Shown here piece after piece: positions 49,119 to 62,687 of a stretch of 64,000 nucleotides of DNA; within the stretch, counting starts at the first letter, position 1; each line of letters starts with the position of its first letter. The notes under the pieces are model-generated. The model had not been told where the DNA came from, searched no databases, and saw only the letters and a program-made list of their open reading frames with translations. Origin of the DNA: Octopus bimaculoides (lineage: Eukaryota); assembly GCF_001194135.2 (NCBI RefSeq), contig NC_068985.1, forward strand, positions 80,731,816 through 80,795,815, given 5' to 3'. Both the position numbers and the translations under genes were made by a program.

Positions 49119-49929
49119 NNNNNNNNNNNNNNNNNNNNNNNNNNNNNNNNNNNNNNNNNNNNNNNNNNNNNNNNNNNNNNNNNNNNNNNNNNNNNNNNNN
49201 NNNNNNNNNNNNNNNNNNNNNNNNNNNNNNNNNNNNNNNNNNNNNNNNNNNNNNNNNNNNNNNNNNNNNNNNNNNNNNNNNNNNNNNNNNNNNNNNNNNN
49301 NNNNNNNNNNNNNNNNNNNNNNNNNNNNNNNNNNNNNNNNNNNNNNNNNNNNNNNNNNNNNNNNNNNNNNNNNNNNNNNNNNNNNNNNNNNNNNNNNNNN
49401 NNNNNNNNNNNNNNNNNNNNNNNNNNNNNNNNNNNNNNNNNNNNNNNNNNNNNNNNNNNNNNNNNNNNNNNNNNNNNNNNNNNNNNNNNNNNNNNNNNNN
49501 NNNNNNNNNNNNNNNNNNNNNNNNNNNNNNNNNNNNNNNNNNNNNNNNNNNNNNNNNNNNNNNNNNNNNNNNNNNNNNNNNNNNNNNNNNNNNNNNNNNN
49601 NNNNNNNNNNNNNNNNNNNNNNNNNNNNNNNNNNNNNNNNNNNNNNNNNNNNNNNNNNNNNNNNNNNNNNNNNNNNNNNNNNNNNNNNNNNNNNNNNNNN
49701 NNNNNNNNNNNNNNNNNNNNNNNNNNNNNNNNNNNNNNNNNNNNNNNNNNNNNNNNNNNNNNNNNNNNNNNNNNNNNNNNNNNNNNNNNNNNNNNNNNNN
49801 NNNNNNNNNNNNNNNNNNNNNNNNNNNNNNNNNNNNNNNNNNNNNNNNNNNNNNNNNNNNNNNNNNNNNNNNNNNNNNNNNNNNNNNNNNNNNNNNNNNN
49901 NNNNNNNNNNNNNNNNNNNNNNNNNNNNN

Positions 49930-50032
<103 letters not shown>

Positions 50033-50035
50033 ATT

Positions 50036-50237
50036 GGCAAGCTGGCAAAATCATTAGCATGTTGGGTAAAATGCTTAGCAACATTTTGTCCCTTTTCATA
50101 TTCTGAGTTCAAATTCCACTGAGGTTGACTTTGCCTTTCATCCTTTTGGGGTTGATGAAATAAGTAACAGTTGAGGGTCAATGCAATCAACTGAACTGCT
50201 CTCCAAAATTTCAGGTCTTGCACCTATAATAGAAAGG

Positions 50238-50309
<72 letters not shown>

Positions 50310-50505
50310 GAAGGTGGCAAGCTAGCGGGCAAAATGCTTAGTGGTATTTTACCCATTGCTATATTCTGAGTTCAAATTCTGCCAAAGTTGACTTTGCCTT
50401 TCATTCTTTTGGGTCGATAAAATAAGTACCAGCTGAACGCTGGCGTTGGTGTAATTGACTCATCCCCTCCCCCTAAAATTGCTGCCCTTGTGGCAAAATT
50501 TAAAA

Positions 50506-50546
<41 letters not shown>

Positions 50547-51178
50547 GTTGTTATTATTATTATTATTATTATTCAGGTGGTGAGCTGGTGGAGCCATTAG
50601 CATACTGGACAAAATGCATAGCGGCATTTTGTCTGTCTTTACATTCTGAGTTCAAATTCCACCAAGGTCAACTTGGTGGTCAAATTCTGCCATGTCCCTA
50701 TAGTAGAAAAAAAAAATTGTTATTAGGATGGTAAGCTGGAAGACTCTTTAGCACACAGGGTAAAATGCCTAGTGACAGTTCTTCTGTCTTTTAATTCTGA
50801 GTCCAAATTTCACCGAGGTCAACTTTACCTTTCATCCTTTTGGGATTAATAAAATTCGTAAATACCAATTGGGCACCGGGGCCAATGTAATCAAATAGTC
50901 CCCTCCGCTAAAATTTCAGAAATGATTCTTCTTTTTCTTATTGTTGTTGTTGTTGTTGTATTATTAAGCAATGAACTGGCAGAATCATTAGCATGCTGGA
51001 CAAAATGCTTAGTGACACATTGTCAGTATCTACATTCTGAGTTCAAATTCTGCTGAGGTCAACTTTGCCTTTCATCATTTTGGGGTAGTAGAATAAGAAC
51101 TAGTTGAGTACTGGGATTGATGTAATCGGCTAACTCCCTCCCCAGACTTGCTGGCCTTGGGCCCAAAATTTGAAACCA
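50036..51178 (+). mobile_element. Cluster of five family B SINE units separated by (TTA)/(TTG) tracts
   Basis: Units at about 50036, 50311, 50575, 50725 and 50966, each with CTGAGT(T/C)CAAAT...GGTCAACTT or GTTGACTT core. Confidence 0.88.
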
Positions 51179-51719
51179 TTATGATTATCGTTATTACTGT
51201 TATTATTGGTATTATTTCTTGTTGATATTGTGTATGTCTCCCTATGAAACGGAACATTCTTTATGGGACTCATTACTTTTAATGAAACTTATTAAAAAAC
51301 TCAGGTGAAGCACTTTGTATCCTTTATTGTAAGTGGTCTATGTTCATATGGACAGGTAAACTCAGAAATAAACTGTATTTAGTTATATGTATATGTTTAA
51401 GGGTAGAAATGATATGTGTTATATGTATGCATGTACAAAAGAAACATACAGAGGCTTGAGAGAGACTGACATCAGTTGCTATTTATATTTCATGACTGGT
51501 TGCCTGGGTTGAAATTGATATTCCTAATTTTGGTCTATATTGGCACATTAAAATGCATTTACATATTGCCATGAGGGCATTCAGAGTTTGTGTTAATGGA
51601 ATCTGATATAAGATAATAAGATAAAATTATTACGTTATCCAGTTTAGATATGTAGCCTTTATTTATTACATGTTTCCCCTTTTATTTTGCTTCTATACCA
51701 TATACAAACACACACACAC

Positions 51720-51842
<123 letters not shown>

Positions 51843-54433
51843 NNNNNNNNNNNNNNNNNNNNNNNNNNNNNNNNNNNNNNNNNNNNNNNNNNNNNNNNNN
51901 NNNNNNNNNNNNNNNNNNNNNNNNNNNNNNNNNNNNNNNNNNNNNNNNNNNNNNNNNNNNNNNNNNNNNNNNNNNNNNNNNNNNNNNNNNNNNNNNNNNN
52001 NNNNNNNNNNNNNNNNNNNNNNNNNNNNNNNNNNNNNNNNNNNNNNNNNNNNNNNNNNNNNNNNNNNNNNNNNNNNNNNNNNNNNNNNNNNNNNNNNNNN
52101 NNNNNNNNNNNNNNNNNNNNNNNNNNNNNNNNNNNNNNNNNNNNNNNNNNNNNNNNNNNNNNNNNNNNNNNNNNNNNNNNNNNNNNNNNNNNNNNNNNNN
52201 NNNNNNNNNNNNNNNNNNNNNNNNNNNNNNNNNNNNNNNNNNNNNNNNNNNNNNNNNNNNNNNNNNNNNNNNNNNNNNNNNNNNNNNNNNNNNNNNNNNN
52301 NNNNNNNNNNNNNNNNNNNNNNNNNNNNNNNNNNNNNNNNNNNNNNNNNNNNNNNNNNNNNNNNNNNNNNNNNNNNNNNNNNNNNNNNNNNNNNNNNNNN
52401 NNNNNNNNNNNNNNNNNNNNNNNNNNNNNNNNNNNNNNNNNNNNNNNNNNNNNNNNNNNNNNNNNNNNNNNNNNNNNNNNNNNNNNNNNNNNNNNNNNNN
52501 NNNNNNNNNNNNNNNNNNNNNNNNNNNNNNNNNNNNNNNNNNNNNNNNNNNNNNNNNNNNNNNNNNNNNNNNNNNNNNNNNNNNNNNNNNNNNNNNNNNN
52601 NNNNNNNNNNNNNNNNNNNNNNNNNNNNNNNNNNNNNNNNNNNNNNNNNNNNNNNNNNNNNNNNNNNNNNNNNNNNNNNNNNNNNNNNNNNNNNNNNNNN
52701 NNNNNNNNNNNNNNNNNNNNNNNNNNNNNNNNNNNNNNNNNNNNNNNNNNNNNNNNNNNNNNNNNNNNNNNNNNNNNNNNNNNNNNNNNNNNNNNNNNNN
52801 NNNATATATATATATATATAAATATATACATATATATAAAATACATATTTATGTATAATATAGAGATGTGTATAATATATATATACATGTATAAGGATAT
52901 ATATATATATGCATACATATACATGCATACAAACAAACACATCTTTGTTTATATAATTATACAATTTTTACATATATAAACAAAAGAATGTAATAAATAT
53001 AAATATTCAATAATTATTAAATGCCTCAATAGAAAGTTATAAAGCTGACTTGCTGGCAGCACCATTTTCTAAGGAAAAGTGGTATACAAAGAAAAATAAT
53101 AATAATAATAATAATAATAACAACAAGAACAAGGATAAGAATAATAATAAACTTAAAAAACAAACAAAAAGCAAAGAGAAATCAAAACAAAAATCCAACA
53201 ACAAAGAAACAAACAGAAACTTTCCAAAATAAAATGGAATGCTAGAACCACAATAAATGATTTACTTACAAAAGAATATCATAGAAAACCCCCAGATCTG
53301 AGCAGATTAAGAACTATTGTGTAGAATTACATTTGTGTTTGCATTCAGTCAACATGAAATTAATTATTATAAAAAAAAAATGACAATAAAAAAAATTGAA
53401 ATAACAGCAACAACAAAAGAATACAATATATTTTCATTTCATTTTTTTTTCATCTTTCTAACTACTCTAGTTGATCATATCTTGATAATTGTCACATTTC
53501 ATAACTATTATTTCATTGGAGTCGGATAATTATTTTTTTATAGGATAATCCCCTTTTCATTATTGTCTTTCTTGTTGGCAAATAATCAGCTTTAATAGAC
53601 AAGCTTGAACGGTTTCTATTATTGGTTTCTATTTACCTCACCTCCCACTCTGTTTTTGCTTTGTAATTTTTTTTTTTTTTTGGTTTTAATTTTTAATAAG
53701 AAACTGATTGCAATAAAGATTTTTTTGGATATCTACAATGTTCCTTCTTTTCTTTCTTGTTTTGTTTCGTTTTCTTTCTTTCACTTTTTGGGGTTTATTT
53801 TTTTAAACATTATTGAAGATCTAGAATGTTCCAATCTTCAAACTACAACTGACTCATAAATGTTTCAAGTGATTATTATTTTTTTTTTTTGTTTTGTTAG
53901 GAGTGGGAAGGAATATATATCTTTATTATTCTCCTTTCACACTTTATTTTAGACTGATATACACACAAGCAAGGCGTACATNNNNNNNNNNNNNNNNNNN
54001 NNNNNNNNNNNNNNNNNNNNNNNNNNNNNNNNNNNNNNNNNNNNNNNNNNNNNNNNNNNNNNNNNNNNNNNNNNNNNNNNNNNNNNNNNNNNNNNNNNNN
54101 NNNNNNNNNNNNNNNNNNNNNNNNNNNNNNNNNNNNNNNNNNNNNNNNNNNNNNNNNNNNNNNNNNNNNNNNNNNNNNNNNNNNNNNNNNNNNNNNNNNN
54201 NNNNNNNNNNNNNNNNNNNNNNNNNNNNNNNNNNNNNNNNNNNNNNNNNNNNNNNNNNNNNNNNNNNNNNNNNNNNNNNNNNNNNNNNNNNNNNNNNNNN
54301 NNNNNNNNNNNNNNNNNNNNNNNNNNNNNNNNNNNNNNNNNNNNNNNNNNNNNNNNNNNNNNNNNNNNNNNNNNNNNNNNNNNNNNNNNNNNNNNNNNNN
54401 NNNNNNNNNNNNNNNNNNNNNNNNNNNNNNNNN

Positions 54434-54481
<48 letters not shown>

Positions 54482-55663
54482 ATGTATGTATTTGTATGTA
54501 TAATTCTTCCCCTTTAACATTTTGCACATTTGTTTTATGCCTACTTAATTTCCAAGAGGATGTTTTTCTTTAGTTCCTTTTATATATTGTCAATTTATTG
54601 CTCAGTTGAATAGCTTCCCAATCATCATGTTTCACATATAATCCTTTGTTTTTCCCCTTGCTATTTTGCTTATTTTACCTGACATTGATATCATCATGAA
54701 ATTAATGTTATTTGTTCCATTTCTAAACACTGTTTAGATTTTAAGATAAATTTTCATTATGTGTGGTAAATTGTAAAGTATTGATTACTAAGTTGAAAAG
54801 AATTCTTAACTTTGTACATTATGTCTCTTTATTTTATAACAATATGATAAACTTTTCTATTCTTCTTTCATTTATAAAGCAATGGGTAAAATAGCTTTCC
54901 TTTTCTCAGTTTCTTTTTGTTGTATTTCGTTTAAAATATAATCAATATCCTATATACATTGTTTTCCCTTGTGTTTGCCCTATTGTATATAATTTTTATT
55001 GTTTCAATGCCTTTTCATAAGCTATAATAGACATAAATATTCATTTTTAACACCTAATATTTTCACTGTTTTTGATTCTTTCCACAACATTGTATATAAA
55101 AGAAATTAAGTTAATTATCTGGTTATTTTTTGGTTTCATTTTGCATTTGTGTGAGATCTAATTTTAAGGTTATTAAGCAAAAGCCTGATATTTATATAAA
55201 CATTACTATGATATTTAACAAATGCATTCTGAATTAAAGTATATAATGTAAATATCTGCTATGCCAAGAGGGACGTCAGAGTCACTGGCTGTTACTTAGC
55301 TCGGATTTCATAGCAAGAAGGTAATGAGAGAGAAATTTCTCTGAGAATAAGATACTTTCCTCTTACAGGTGATATTTCTAAATGAACCAGAACCTATTCC
55401 TAACTGTCAGGTGAACTGAGGCAACATAAAATAATATTGTAAAGCATCAGCTTTAGATTTGAACTTGTGATCTATGGCATTAGACCAGTCTATAAATTGG
55501 TCTAATGCCTGAGTCCTTTTCTTTCTAGCTTAATTATATAGCCATTGTATAAAATATGCTCACTAACCAGTTTTAACTCTGTTTAAATACAACTGGAAGG
55601 TAATGATTGATTTTGATGAGAGTATACTGTCAAATTTTGTTGAAATACACACAAAAATATAGG

Positions 55664-56260
55664 CGCAGGTATGGCTGTGTGTTAAGAAGCTTGTTTCCCA
55701 ACCATGTGGTTCCGGGTTCAGTCCTATTGCATGGGACCTTGGGCAAGTGTCTTCTACTATAGCCTTGGGCCAACCAAAGCCTTGTGAGTGGATTTGGGAG
55801 ACAGAAACTGAAAGAAGCCCATTGATTGGATCAATCTTGAGTATAACCAACCGAAATTGCAAAGATAATCTGGAATTCGACTGAGGAAACAAAAGTCTGA
55901 ATGACCCATCCTTGTCTTCTTTGTATCATCTATCTGGATGTTTTGTTGTCCCTTTTTTGTATCATCTAACTGTCTGGATGTTTTGCATTCTTGTCTCATT
56001 TTGTATTTTATATATATATATATATATATTGTATATGTATATCTATGTGTGTGTCTTTGTGTCTGTGTTTGTCTTACCATCACTGCTTGAGAACTGGTGT
56101 TGGTGTGTTTATGTCCCTGTAACTTAGTGTTTCAGCAAAAGAGATCTATAAAATTAGTACCAGGCTTAAAAAGTAAGCACTGGGGTCGATTCATATGACT
56201 AAAAATTCAAGGCAGTGCCCCAACATGGCTGCAGTCTAATGCCTGAAGCAAGTAAAAGAT
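55664..56260 (+). mobile_element. SINE family A with an unrelated insert of about 180 bp
   Basis: Head 55664-55822, foreign sequence about 55823-56007, (TA)n, then tail 56040-56260. Confidence 0.8.
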
Positions 56261-56656
56261 ACACACATGCACACATGCATGTATTAAACATTTTATGATT
56301 ATATTTCATAGCAACGAAATATGTAATTTATAAGAAAATCTGACAAAAATAGAGTATAGTATTTTACTGACATTGATGTTACTGGTGCTGGAGATTTGAA
56401 AAAAAAAGTCAAATACTCATATGGTTTGTACTGAGAACTTTGAGGTACTCAGTTTACCAAAATGAAGGATTTAGATTTAGATTCTATTGATATGACATAC
56501 ATTGGTTGGGTGTATCCCAGATACAACCATTTACAAAAAAATGCTGAAATATAAAAAGATGTTACGTATGCTTGCGTGTGTGTGATTAGTTGTATGAATG
56601 CACATGCACATAAACACTCAGAGACATACACATATCTGTAAATATATTCTCCAATT

Positions 56657-56691
<35 letters not shown>

Positions 56692-56849
56692 CGTGTATGT
56701 GTGTGTGTGTTTTGCATGATATAAAAACAGACATCAATATAAAGTAGTTAAAAAATATGAAGTATGTATGTGTGTCATTAGTTTACTTATGCAATATGTT
56801 GTGTTCTGGCATTTTGCTACTCTTTTTGGGGCAACTTGTTCATAGACTT

Positions 56850-57050
56850 GTTAATGTTGTTTAACCCCATTTTAACTAATAGACCTATATTCAAATGCAT
56901 TATTACCATTGCCATTTAACTTTTTCTTTTCTGCTGAAACTCAGTCTACATTTATCCAATACAGCATTCTTTTTTTAAGGTAGTAGGGTGTTGTCTGAAG
57001 AAAACGTGGCTAACAGGTTGAAAAATCACTTAGAGGCTTCCTTGCTGTCT
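56850..57050 (-). mobile_element. Interspersed repeat family D, decayed
   Basis: Similar to 2487-2670. Confidence 0.45.
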
Positions 57051-57894
57051 CATGAGAGGCTTTCTTTCTGGACAAGACTTCTTTATTTGTAAGTAGTGGG
57101 TGTATTTGGATAGTAATAATTCATTTTATGTTTATGCATTTATTTTGCAAGATTCCTGAGGTGAAATCTTGTGCTGAAACAGATATTGTTATATTTAGAG
57201 AGGGTCATATTTTTGCCAATTAACAATCATTCATCTATTTACTAGAATTGTGGAATAGATATGGATGAGGTATTAATTAAACTATCAGCTCACAGATTGC
57301 AAGTTCCAATCATTTGTGTTTTGTTGCATGTGGTTAGGCTGTACATTGAATACTACATTGATGCAATCCATTCAGATGCTGGGGATAAGTATCAAATCAA
57401 TCAGCATCCTGTCTAGTTTAGTTTTCTCTAGTTTGTTTTGCTCCTTGAAACTGGGACTAAGTTCCACTCCATAACTATTCTGTGAAACTATTGAATGAGA
57501 CATTAGTACCTAAGCTCTATACTAAATCCTCCATAATGCTGGCTGCTTTTGGTTAATATCTATCTGAAGGAAGATTTATCAGCATATCTTAAACCAAGAG
57601 TAAGCATTATTGGCTCTTTAGAACCCCCTCAGTTGAAAAGGAAACATTTTTCTTTTACAGTTTCCATATCCATTTCCCCACACCCCCAATTTGCTTGATT
57701 GGGGTGGTTTTCTTTTGGAGAAATTGTTTTAGACTGAGTGCTCTTCTTACTACTAACTACCTAAGTTAGTCAAGCAAAGTTGCATAAGTAGAGTTATATA
57801 ACTTGCTCAAATATACAGCACAATAAGAGTAACATCTAAATGAGTATACCTGCACCTTAATCTTACAAATCTTGGTACCTTGGTAATTTGTCCA

Positions 57895-57938
<44 letters not shown>

Positions 57939-59084
57939 TGCCATTGCCTAACCATAGAAATGTGGTGAGACACAATGTGTGTGTGTGTGTGTGTTGGAGG
58001 AAAAGAAAAAGAGTGAAAGAGAGAGGGAGTTTGTGTATGTGTTGGAAGAAGAGAAAAAGAATGAAAAAGAGATATAGATAGAGAATGTATATGTGTGTAG
58101 GAAATAAAAATACGTTCTAGAAGACTGATAAACAAGCAACAAGTCATTATTTTCAAAGCAGTCTATTAGTTTTGGACGTTGTTTCTTTTTTTTTATCATT
58201 TATTTTTTCCTAGTTAGCACAGACAACTTTGATTAATGGTGATATTTGAGAAATAAAAAATTAAAAGTTAAATCAGATGCACTTTTACAGAAGTCACTTG
58301 TACAGCTGAATAACTAGCCAACTATTAACTTGTATTTGCACATTATCTGATACTGTATGTATCATATGATACCACATGTATCATCTAGTTGTTGGTCAGT
58401 CTTTTTTGTATTGTACTGTAGGTCTAAATGTGGGTGTCTGGAAAGTTCTTGGATTTAAGAAACATGGGATAGCTAACATATGGGTAGAAAGCAGCTTGCT
58501 TAGTCCTTGCTGCTCTCTGCCCTTTGCATGACTCTATATTGTTGCAGAGAGTTGAATACCACATATAATGTGTTGAACTTGTTGCTAAAAGGTTATTTGA
58601 TGATTTCATAATGTATTTAAAATGATTGCTTTGCTCTGCATAAATTATGTGCCATTGAAGAAATGTTAAGTTCTTAACACATGAACTAGAGTAGAAATTG
58701 TTGCCAACTGAGAAGGAAAGAATACAAACATTTCCATGCCCAGAGATACAGAAGAGTGGCTTTTATAGTAGGATATGAATTTTGTCAACAATACCAGCAC
58801 ATTAATCTCCTGGGCATATATGTTGCTTGGATATATAAGTATGATCAAGTATGTAAAAGTATGACAATAATGATCATCTTCATGATGAAAATGTGATTAA
58901 TATTGTATAGACATGCATCTGAGTGTCATAAACACATTGATGAGCTAGACAAGAATACCGAAATTAGTACACTTTCTTCTGAACACACAGATGCATGTGT
59001 GTGGGCATGTATATATATATATAATGTGTGTATGTAAATCTGTCTATATATATATATTTGTATTGTATTTATATATGCTATAAT

Positions 59085-59330
59085 CATCATCATCATCATC
59101 ATCATTTAGCATCTGTTTTCTATGCGGGATGGTTTGACAGGAGCTGGCAAGCAAGAAGACTGCATCAGATTTCACTGTCTGTTTTGGTACGGTTTTTACA
59201 GCTGAATGTCCTTCCTAATGCCAATCACCCTACAAAGTGGAGTGAGTGCATTTTATGTGGGACCAGCACTGACACTGTCTGCTTTAACACAGTTTTTATA
59301 GCTGGATGGCCTTCCAAATGTCAACTACTT
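59085..59330 (-). mobile_element. RTE-tail repeat (family C)
   Basis: (CAT)n, then CAGCTGAATGTCCTTCCTAATGCCAATCAC. Confidence 0.7.
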
Positions 59331-59360
59331 TATAGCATTTTCTAATATGTAAAAAGGAAT

Positions 59361-59841
59361 ATACTTCATGAACCTTACTTTTAGAAACTTCCAACTCCCC
59401 TTCAAGTTCTCTAGTTGTGATATTTGAGTTTTCTTTGATTTTTGCCTTCAAGATATCTTCACCCAATTTTGAAGGTCTTCCTTTGCAACTGTCTTCTTCC
59501 AAGCTAAACTCTCCAGCTTTAAATCTTGCAAACCACCTTTGAACAATTGATTCACCTACAGCATCGTCACCGTAAACCTTACAAATGTCTTTGCAAGTTT
59601 TTGTAGTATTTTCTCCTTTTTTGAAAAAGAAATACATTATAATGCAAATATGATATTTTTGGTTATCCATTTCCAATGTCAATCAAGGGTAACCTAAATG
59701 AAAGATAAGTCTATTTTTAGTCAGGAACAAAGAAGAGATGCGCTAACACCGAAGTTTTAACTGTGTTACGTTTTAGGTGTGTTCAGTGAAGTGTTAAAAG
59801 ATTTAGCTTAAAAACGCTCAGAACTTTCCGGACAACCTAAT

Positions 59842-59842
<1 letters not shown>
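59361..59842 (-). mobile_element. Mariner transposon 5' half
   Basis: TA|TTAGGTTGTCCGGAAAGTTC TIR at 59821-59842; ORF 59296-59682 encodes the HTH region ICKVYGDDAV...RWFARFKAGEFSLEED..KGRP...TTRELE; DDD domain absent. Confidence 0.9.
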
Positions 59843-59875
<33 letters not shown>

Positions 59876-60129
59876 TGTTTACATAATAAAAAATAATTCT
59901 ATGCAAAACCAGAGATGATCCTTTTCATATGTATTGGTGGGCTCATTGGACTCTGCACAAATTACAAATATTGTTGGACTCTTCTTACTATATAAGCTGA
60001 AATCTTATTTCTCGGAATTTAGTGGAAATTTATGCCAGAATAATGCAACATTAACAATAAATAATGTTAACCATTCTACCTAATCAACACTCTGTAAAAA
60101 TCAACCTTCTTTAAAAATTATAACCTGTC

Positions 60130-61200
60130 TATCACTTTGAACTTGGAGTATAAAAAAAGAGTAATTTTCTCAATGTTACCTCAGATTTTAATATTAGTGT
60201 ACACTTTCTTTTTCTCAAACTTCACTAAAATCTTGATAACACACACAAAACTTCAAATCATCTAAAAAACATAGTAGGTAATCATGTAAGGAATATATCT
60301 TTAGAATATCTAAACAATCTTCTAATGTAGAAATATCTAATAACAACTCTGAATATTATAATGATACTCTGCTGAGAAATGGTTTTATAGATAAGATCCA
60401 ATTTATTCCATCTGATATAAACAGCTCTAATTTTAGCATAATTTCTGCACATAAGCATACAAAACATATTAATACACCACATAAACCTTTAACTCAACAT
60501 TCCAAACCTAAGAATATTGCAAATAACTAAAGAAGTGATAATGCTAATATAATCACATCTAATATAATTAACCACAATGATAATATAACTAGACCTAAGA
60601 ATAAAAATTTAAAAAAAAACCTGATATGCCCAGAAACAAAACCGATAAATGTACAGATAGTTGGGGAAAATTTAATAAAACTAATAAATGAAATTAATGA
60701 ATCTCAAAATCTTGAGAGTGAATATGTAACTAAACATAGAATTAAAAACTGTAATAAAATAAATATACACAAAAATCTTATAATAAAGTTGAATCAAATG
60801 ACCACAGCATGCCTAATAGTAATACAAAATCTAACTTAAAACCGGATAAAAAATAGCATAATCCATTCTGACATATCTAAAATTGAATATTCAAGCAACA
60901 CATCTTTAAGAAAACTCACAAAGGATAATTACCTTATACTTTCCATAAAAATTACTGCTACCCATGAGAAAATAGGAATACTAAAATGAGAAAAAGAACA
61001 TAACATGGTTTAATGCACTAGATGCAAAAAAAAAAATGTTAGAACAAACATACCGTACGTTTTCATAATATATCAAGTAGAAAATTTCCTCAAAACCATG
61101 TATATAACTGCATTTTTAATACAGTTATATTTTCTTACTCCACAGCACCAAATCTTGCAGATATAGAATACTAGTAAAATGAATAAGTACAATAAATATA
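60130..61200 (+). mobile_element. Highly decayed Penelope-like ORF remnant
   Basis: NFLNVT, SNHLKNIV, SNNNSEYYNDTLLRNGFIDKIQFIP, NITWFN, FPQNHVYNCIFN, SYSTAPNL; collinear with the 38030-39310 element. Confidence 0.7.
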
Positions 61201-61429
61201 ACACAAACAAATGGTAACTTAAATGCTTAGACCAAGCACAAGCTGAGAGCAAATCTGTTTGCCAGTTGTCTTTTGAACAGACAACATTTAAACAGAATAG
61301 AAACAAAAAGGAGATAACTAATGTTACAATAATTCGATGTCAGACAGACATAAGCAAAATGTTAATGATTTACTGAATGGTTGATGGTTTACTTTTAAAT
61401 TCTGACAAGATGCATTTCTTGAAATGTGA

Positions 61430-61585
61430 TGTGGCTGTGTGGTAAGAAGCTGGCTTCCCAACAATATGTTTTCAGAGGCAGTCCCACTGCACGGTACCTT
61501 GGGCAAATGTCTTCTAATATTGCACCAGGCCAAGCAAAGCCTTGTGAGCAGTTTTGGTAGATGGAAACTGAAAGAAGCCTGTTGT
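61430..61585 (+). mobile_element. SINE family A head
   Basis: GTGGCTGTGTGGTAAGAAGC...CCTTGGGCAAATGTCTTCT...GGAAACTGAAAGAAGCC. Confidence 0.85.
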
Positions 61586-62059
61586 ATATATATATGTATA
61601 TATTTATATAAAACGTGTTGAAAAGTGACACATGAGTTGATATGTATAAAGAAAATATGACAAGGTAGAAAATGCTCAAATAATTTTATCATGAAATACA
61701 TTTTGTAATGGTTAGTACCAGTTTTTGTCTTTTTGACCTTTTTAACTAAGAGTTAAACAAAGGTGGATATTAATTAAGAAGAAAAACAATTAAATTTTAT
61801 AAAAAAGCAATTAAATTGAAGAAAAATTAAATGAAATGTTTTATAAATATTTCACGGTGGTGCACCAGCATGACCGCAGCCACTTGGCTGAAACACATAA
61901 ATAAATAAATAAAATAGTCTTCAAATNNNNNNNNNNNNNNNNNNNNNNNNNNNNNNNNNNNNNNNNNNNNNNNNNNNNNNNNNNNNNNNNNNNNNNNNNN
62001 NNNNNNNNNNNNNNNNNNNNNNNNNNNNNNNNNNNNNNNNAAGGTGAAGAAAAAGGAGG

Positions 62060-62148
62060 AGAAGAAGAAGAGGAAGAGGAAGAAGAAGAAGAAGAAGAAG
62101 AAGAAGAAGAAGAAGAAGAAGAAGAAGAAGAAGAAGAAGAAGAAGAAA
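62060..62148. repeat. (GAA)n microsatellite
   Basis: Direct. Confidence 0.95.
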
Positions 62149-62376
62149 AAGTGATATTACCCAGTAGTAAAGGCTGTTTGTGGAATCTGCTTTAATGGTC
62201 AAGTGGCCTCACAGTGACCTGTTGTGGTTGTAGTAGCAGTAGCAGTATGTCTGTTCTAAATAAATTCGTGGGTAGTAACTATTCTAAATATATCTATCGT
62301 TTTTAATATTTTCGTGGATATTATTCCAAGATCCCTGTAGTAGTGTCGTCTGTGGTGGAAGCATTCAAAAGAGGTT

Positions 62377-62687
62377 CATAATTTCAAGGCCAGATTCAAT
62401 AATCACACTTTAAGTTTCAGGAACTGGGACAAAAGGAAACGACCAAATTATCCAGTCGTATATGGTCTTCAAAAGATAAAGGTGTCAGTTACAACATCCA
62501 TTGGAAGATCTTAGTCAAGTGTAAACCTTACACAAGCGGTAGCGGATAGTGCGGTCTATGTGATATGGAAAGATAGCTCATCTGGAAAGGCAGCTTAGAC
62601 CCCGCCACATGTCTAAATTCAAGGACTGAATTTTTCGGATCATGTCCACATGTGGCTAAATATTTGCTACATTTTTGGTCCCCCTGA
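62377..62687 (+). mobile_element. Penelope-like GIY-YIG C-terminal remnant, followed by probable LTR/3' sequence to about 63328
   Basis: HNFKARFNNHTLSFRN...KLSSRIWSSKDKGVSYNIHWKIL...CGLCDME...CLNSRTEFFGSCPHVAKYLL. Confidence 0.85.

Noticed and set aside
53450-55250. Possible very old L1/Tx1-like ORF2 on the minus strand (DIDYIL, ADYLPTRKT motifs)
   Set aside because: Motifs are too short and the region too AT-rich to call without a profile search.
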